This document shows positions 5,357 through 7,740 of a stretch of DNA of 7,740 bases, piece after piece (position 1 is the first letter of the stretch; each line of letters opens with the position of its first letter). Location: the IMG/VR virus record IMGVR_UViG_2698536443_000001, positions 1 to 7,740 of that record. One strand, given 5' to 3'. The DNA is from a virus (taxonomy: Duplodnaviria; Heunggongvirae; Uroviricota; Caudoviricetes). The position numbers were made by a program, and so were the translations under genes. A model generated the notes under the pieces. That model searched no databases. It saw nothing but the letters and a program-made list of their open reading frames with translations, and was not told the DNA's origin.

Positions 5357-7675
5357 TTATTTAGTTGCTTTCAGTTCGGCAATTTCTTTCTGTAATGCTT
5401 CGATCTGTGCTTTATATTTGGCGTCCATTTCCTGCATAGCTTTAATAATCAGAGCATTGACAGCAGAGTTAGAAATAGTCTTGATTGCTTCTGGATTTTC
5501 TGGATCTTCGGTGGATTGAATACCTACTGCTTCCGGCAATACTTCTTCCAGATCCTGAGCAATAATACCTACTTCGCGTTTAATCACTGTGTCATCGGAA
5601 AGAGATTTAACTTTATCGTAGGTGTAGACTTTCAGGGAGTTTACTTTCTCTAATGCGCCGTCCTGTAATTCTTCCTTGTTAATCTTCAAACGGGAGTCAG
5701 AGCGAATGTAAACATCGTTAAAGCTACCGTTACGACCTGCGGTAAAGTCACCAGCAGCGTTAAAGTCAAAGTTAGTATCATGAACATGGAGACGAACAAG
5801 AGCGTTACCGATAGTACCGCTAGGAACGTGCACACCCATTGCTGCAATGTGATATTGACCCCAATGAGTAGCTTTCCAGATGTTATGTGCTGAATCTTTT
5901 GATTGGGGGCAATCAACTTGCAAACCGGAAGCACGGTCACGCCAACTAGACCAGCTACCACCAGAAACGTTACCACGAATCAAACCTTTATCAGACCCGC
6001 CGACGCTACCAGATTCAAGATGAATCATCTTATCCGCAAGTTTCCACGTCTGGGCTTGTTTCTGACCACGGAAGCGAATAACACCAGCATCATCGGAATA
6101 CATCAAACCTAGTTCTAAGCCGTTCGGATCTCTAAACCAGATGTGCTTATTTCCAGTGCGCTTAAATTCAATATCAGCACCGTTAAGCGTGATATTACCG
6201 CCAGTGTGGATTGCTTGAGGCCTAACAGTACCATTGATGGCAAATTCAATAGTAGAAGTACCAGGACCGCCAGCACGTTGGGTATACCAGTGCCAACCAC
6301 TTTCATCCGCGCATTCTAATACTTGCTTACGAGAATCATTACCCCATGCACGAATATTAAAGCTGGATGTAGCTGTATTTTTACCCCAAGTAAACTTACC
6401 ACCGACTTCAAGATCGCCTAAGAAGTTTGCCTTAAGAGCACCAGTACCCATAGCACGCTCTGTGCTAAAATGTCGACCTTGACTGTCTTCTATATACAAA
6501 ACGTTATCACGGGCATTATTACTATCACCCCAATGATTAAATCGAATATAATCACGAGATCCGCTTCTCCCAGCAGAGAAGGTTAAAAACCCTTTCTCGA
6601 TATATGTATCGCCAGCAAATCGAGCAGCACGGCTATCTCTTTCAAGAATTAATGCGCCTTCGTTGCCGTCACCACCTAAAGTAACTTTACCGTTAGTCAA
6701 ATCGTAAATGAACGGTCTGTTTCCATTCCACCCGCCCAATTTATCATTTTCGGCAGTAGAAAGAAGATAAACTTTACCACCATCATTACGCCAGAATGCA
6801 CCATAATTACCGTAGATCATGCGGTAGGCGTCGCTATTCATTGAGATGAATTGAGCGTTAGTATAAACTCGTTTTGTTTTACCTGTTGCAAGTTCGATCT
6901 GTCCGTCGATGTGGTGACGAATAGAAGTACCACCTACATCACTATACCATTCAAAAACGTTAGTATCAGCATTACCATAGCCGATCCAACCTTGACGGGT
7001 AATATCTCCAGTCCGATTATCTTGAAACGCAATATGGTTGGATTGACCAGCAGGACGCCGCAAGGTAATAACATTACTACCGCCACCTAACATCATTCGA
7101 CCAGAAAGAATATTACCTTTATGAGTCCCAGCAATAGAGCTACTAGATTCAACGGTTAGAATCTCCTGAGCATCGGTACTACCCGTGGCGAGTCGATAAC
7201 TGGAACCTTGAACCGTCTCATGCCAGATCATTTCATTATAGTTACTACGGAATTTACGAATATATTTCCGTCCAGTACCTCTATCATTGCTTAGATGAAC
7301 AATGTCATAGCTGTTTTGTGTATTGTCGTCAAAACTCAACACACCACGTTTATTTTCGGTATTAAAAAGAGTTACGTTGCGACCACCGATAACACCAACG
7401 GAAGGTTTAATTAACGTGGCTTCCGGCGTATCATAAACCGTCAAACTTACATAAACAGATTTCCCATATTCGACAATAACGTTATCGGTATAACGCTGAT
7501 ATTTCACGTAGATATCATAGTTATCACCGGAAGTATTGACAGCAAATACCTCAAAATCCTTGTTTGTATTTCTACGGTATGCAATTACGTTAAGACCTTT
7601 AGGTCTATCGTTACCACTACGCAGAAGAATTTCTACTACGTCAACCTGTGGATTTGCCCCTATATTTCCAGACAT
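5357..7675 (-). CDS. Tail fiber / tailspike-like protein (772 aa) with C-terminal intramolecular chaperone auto-processing domain (peptidase S74-like)
   Basis: C-terminal region contains YIRSDSRLKINKEEL... followed by a coiled-coil tail (AKYKAQIEALQKEIAELKATK). The S...K spacing matches the Ser-Lys dyad motif of endosialidase-type C-terminal chaperone domains. The large Gly/Asn/Thr/Ser-rich central region is typical of beta-structured fibers. ATG 7675-7673, stop TAA 5359-5357. Confidence 0.8.
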   Translation of the reverse strand: MSGNIGANPQVDVVEILLRSGNDRPKGLNVIAYRRNTNKDFEVFAVNTSGDNYDIYVKYQRYTDNVIVEYGKSVYVSLTVYDTPEATLIKPSVGVIGGRNVTLFNTENKRGVLSFDDNTQNSYDIVHLSNDRGTGRKYIRKFRSNYNEMIWHETVQGSSYRLATGSTDAQEILTVESSSSIAGTHKGNILSGRMMLGGGSNVITLRRPAGQSNHIAFQDNRTGDITRQGWIGYGNADTNVFEWYSDVGGTSIRHHIDGQIELATGKTKRVYTNAQFISMNSDAYRMIYGNYGAFWRNDGGKVYLLSTAENDKLGGWNGNRPFIYDLTNGKVTLGGDGNEGALILERDSRAARFAGDTYIEKGFLTFSAGRSGSRDYIRFNHWGDSNNARDNVLYIEDSQGRHFSTERAMGTGALKANFLGDLEVGGKFTWGKNTATSSFNIRAWGNDSRKQVLECADESGWHWYTQRAGGPGTSTIEFAINGTVRPQAIHTGGNITLNGADIEFKRTGNKHIWFRDPNGLELGLMYSDDAGVIRFRGQKQAQTWKLADKMIHLESGSVGGSDKGLIRGNVSGGSWSSWRDRASGLQVDCPQSKDSAHNIWKATHWGQYHIAAMGVHVPSGTIGNALVRLHVHDTNFDFNAAGDFTAGRNGSFNDVYIRSDSRLKINKEELQDGALEKVNSLKVYTYDKVKSLSDDTVIKREVGIIAQDLEEVLPEAVGIQSTEDPENPEAIKTISNSAVNALIIKAMQEMDAKYKAQIEALQKEIAELKATK
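5360..5701 (-). other. Intramolecular chaperone (S74-like) domain-coding region of the fiber gene; predicted autocleavage motif SDSRLK at 5684..5701
   Basis: Residues about 659-772. Codons TCT GAC TCC CGT TTG AAG (5701..5684) encode S-D-S-R-L-K. Confidence 0.6.
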
Positions 7676-7740
7676 CTGTTATCACTTAACCCATTACAAG
7701 CCCGCTGCCGCAGATATTCCCGTGGCGAGCGATAACCCAG

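Noticed and set aside
5903-7090. Plus-strand ORFs 5903..6112, 6234..6482 and 6851..7090, and minus-strand out-of-frame ORFs 5686..5976 and 6115..6306
   Set aside because: All are nested inside the 772-aa fiber ORF in other frames or on the opposite strand, are short, and have hydrophobic low-complexity translations typical of spurious overlapping ORFs.
7676-7740. GC-richer segment at the right edge (about 53% GC), possibly the 3' end of an upstream gene or a junction
   Set aside because: Only 65 nt are visible. Two minus-strand frames entering from the edge are open and end at TAA (7686..7688 or 7694..7696), so it is probably just the tail of the preceding gene. Too short to call a feature or a boundary.
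1-7740. CRISPR arrays, tRNA or other structured RNA genes
   Set aside because: No spaced direct repeats and no non-coding stretch longer than about 60 nt. The intergenic hairpins are simple stem-loops rather than cloverleaf-like.

Overview
The window is a co-directional, minus-strand tail morphogenesis module of a long-tailed phage or prophage, capped at its left edge by the terminal 104 bp of an IS1 insertion sequence. Read in the direction of transcription (high to low coordinates) it contains: a 772-aa tail fiber/spike-like protein with a C-terminal intramolecular-chaperone (peptidase S74-type) domain (5357..7675); a 157-aa tube-like protein (4826..5299) whose TGA stop is followed by a uniquely open 39-codon in-frame extension; a 168-aa Gly/Asn-rich protein of unknown function (4151..4657); a pair of small ORFs arranged like tail assembly chaperones G and GT, with the second in the -1 frame (3797..4105 and 3414..3788/3812); a 781-aa tape measure protein (1065..3410); a 186-aa distal-tail-like protein (453..1013); and a further tail gene (start 453) that is cut off after 117 codons by the IS1 end at 104/105. 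Three intergenic hairpins punctuate the operon. No tRNA, rRNA or CRISPR was seen. Family assignments rest on gene order, size, composition and recognisable motifs; no database search was possible. The IS1 identification is from recall of the element's terminal sequence. Overall GC is lowish by eye (roughly mid-40s percent). The picture fits a phage tail cluster, plausibly a prophage or phage-derived element inactivated or remodelled by IS1, with two candidate recoding events (-1 frameshift, stop-codon readthrough).
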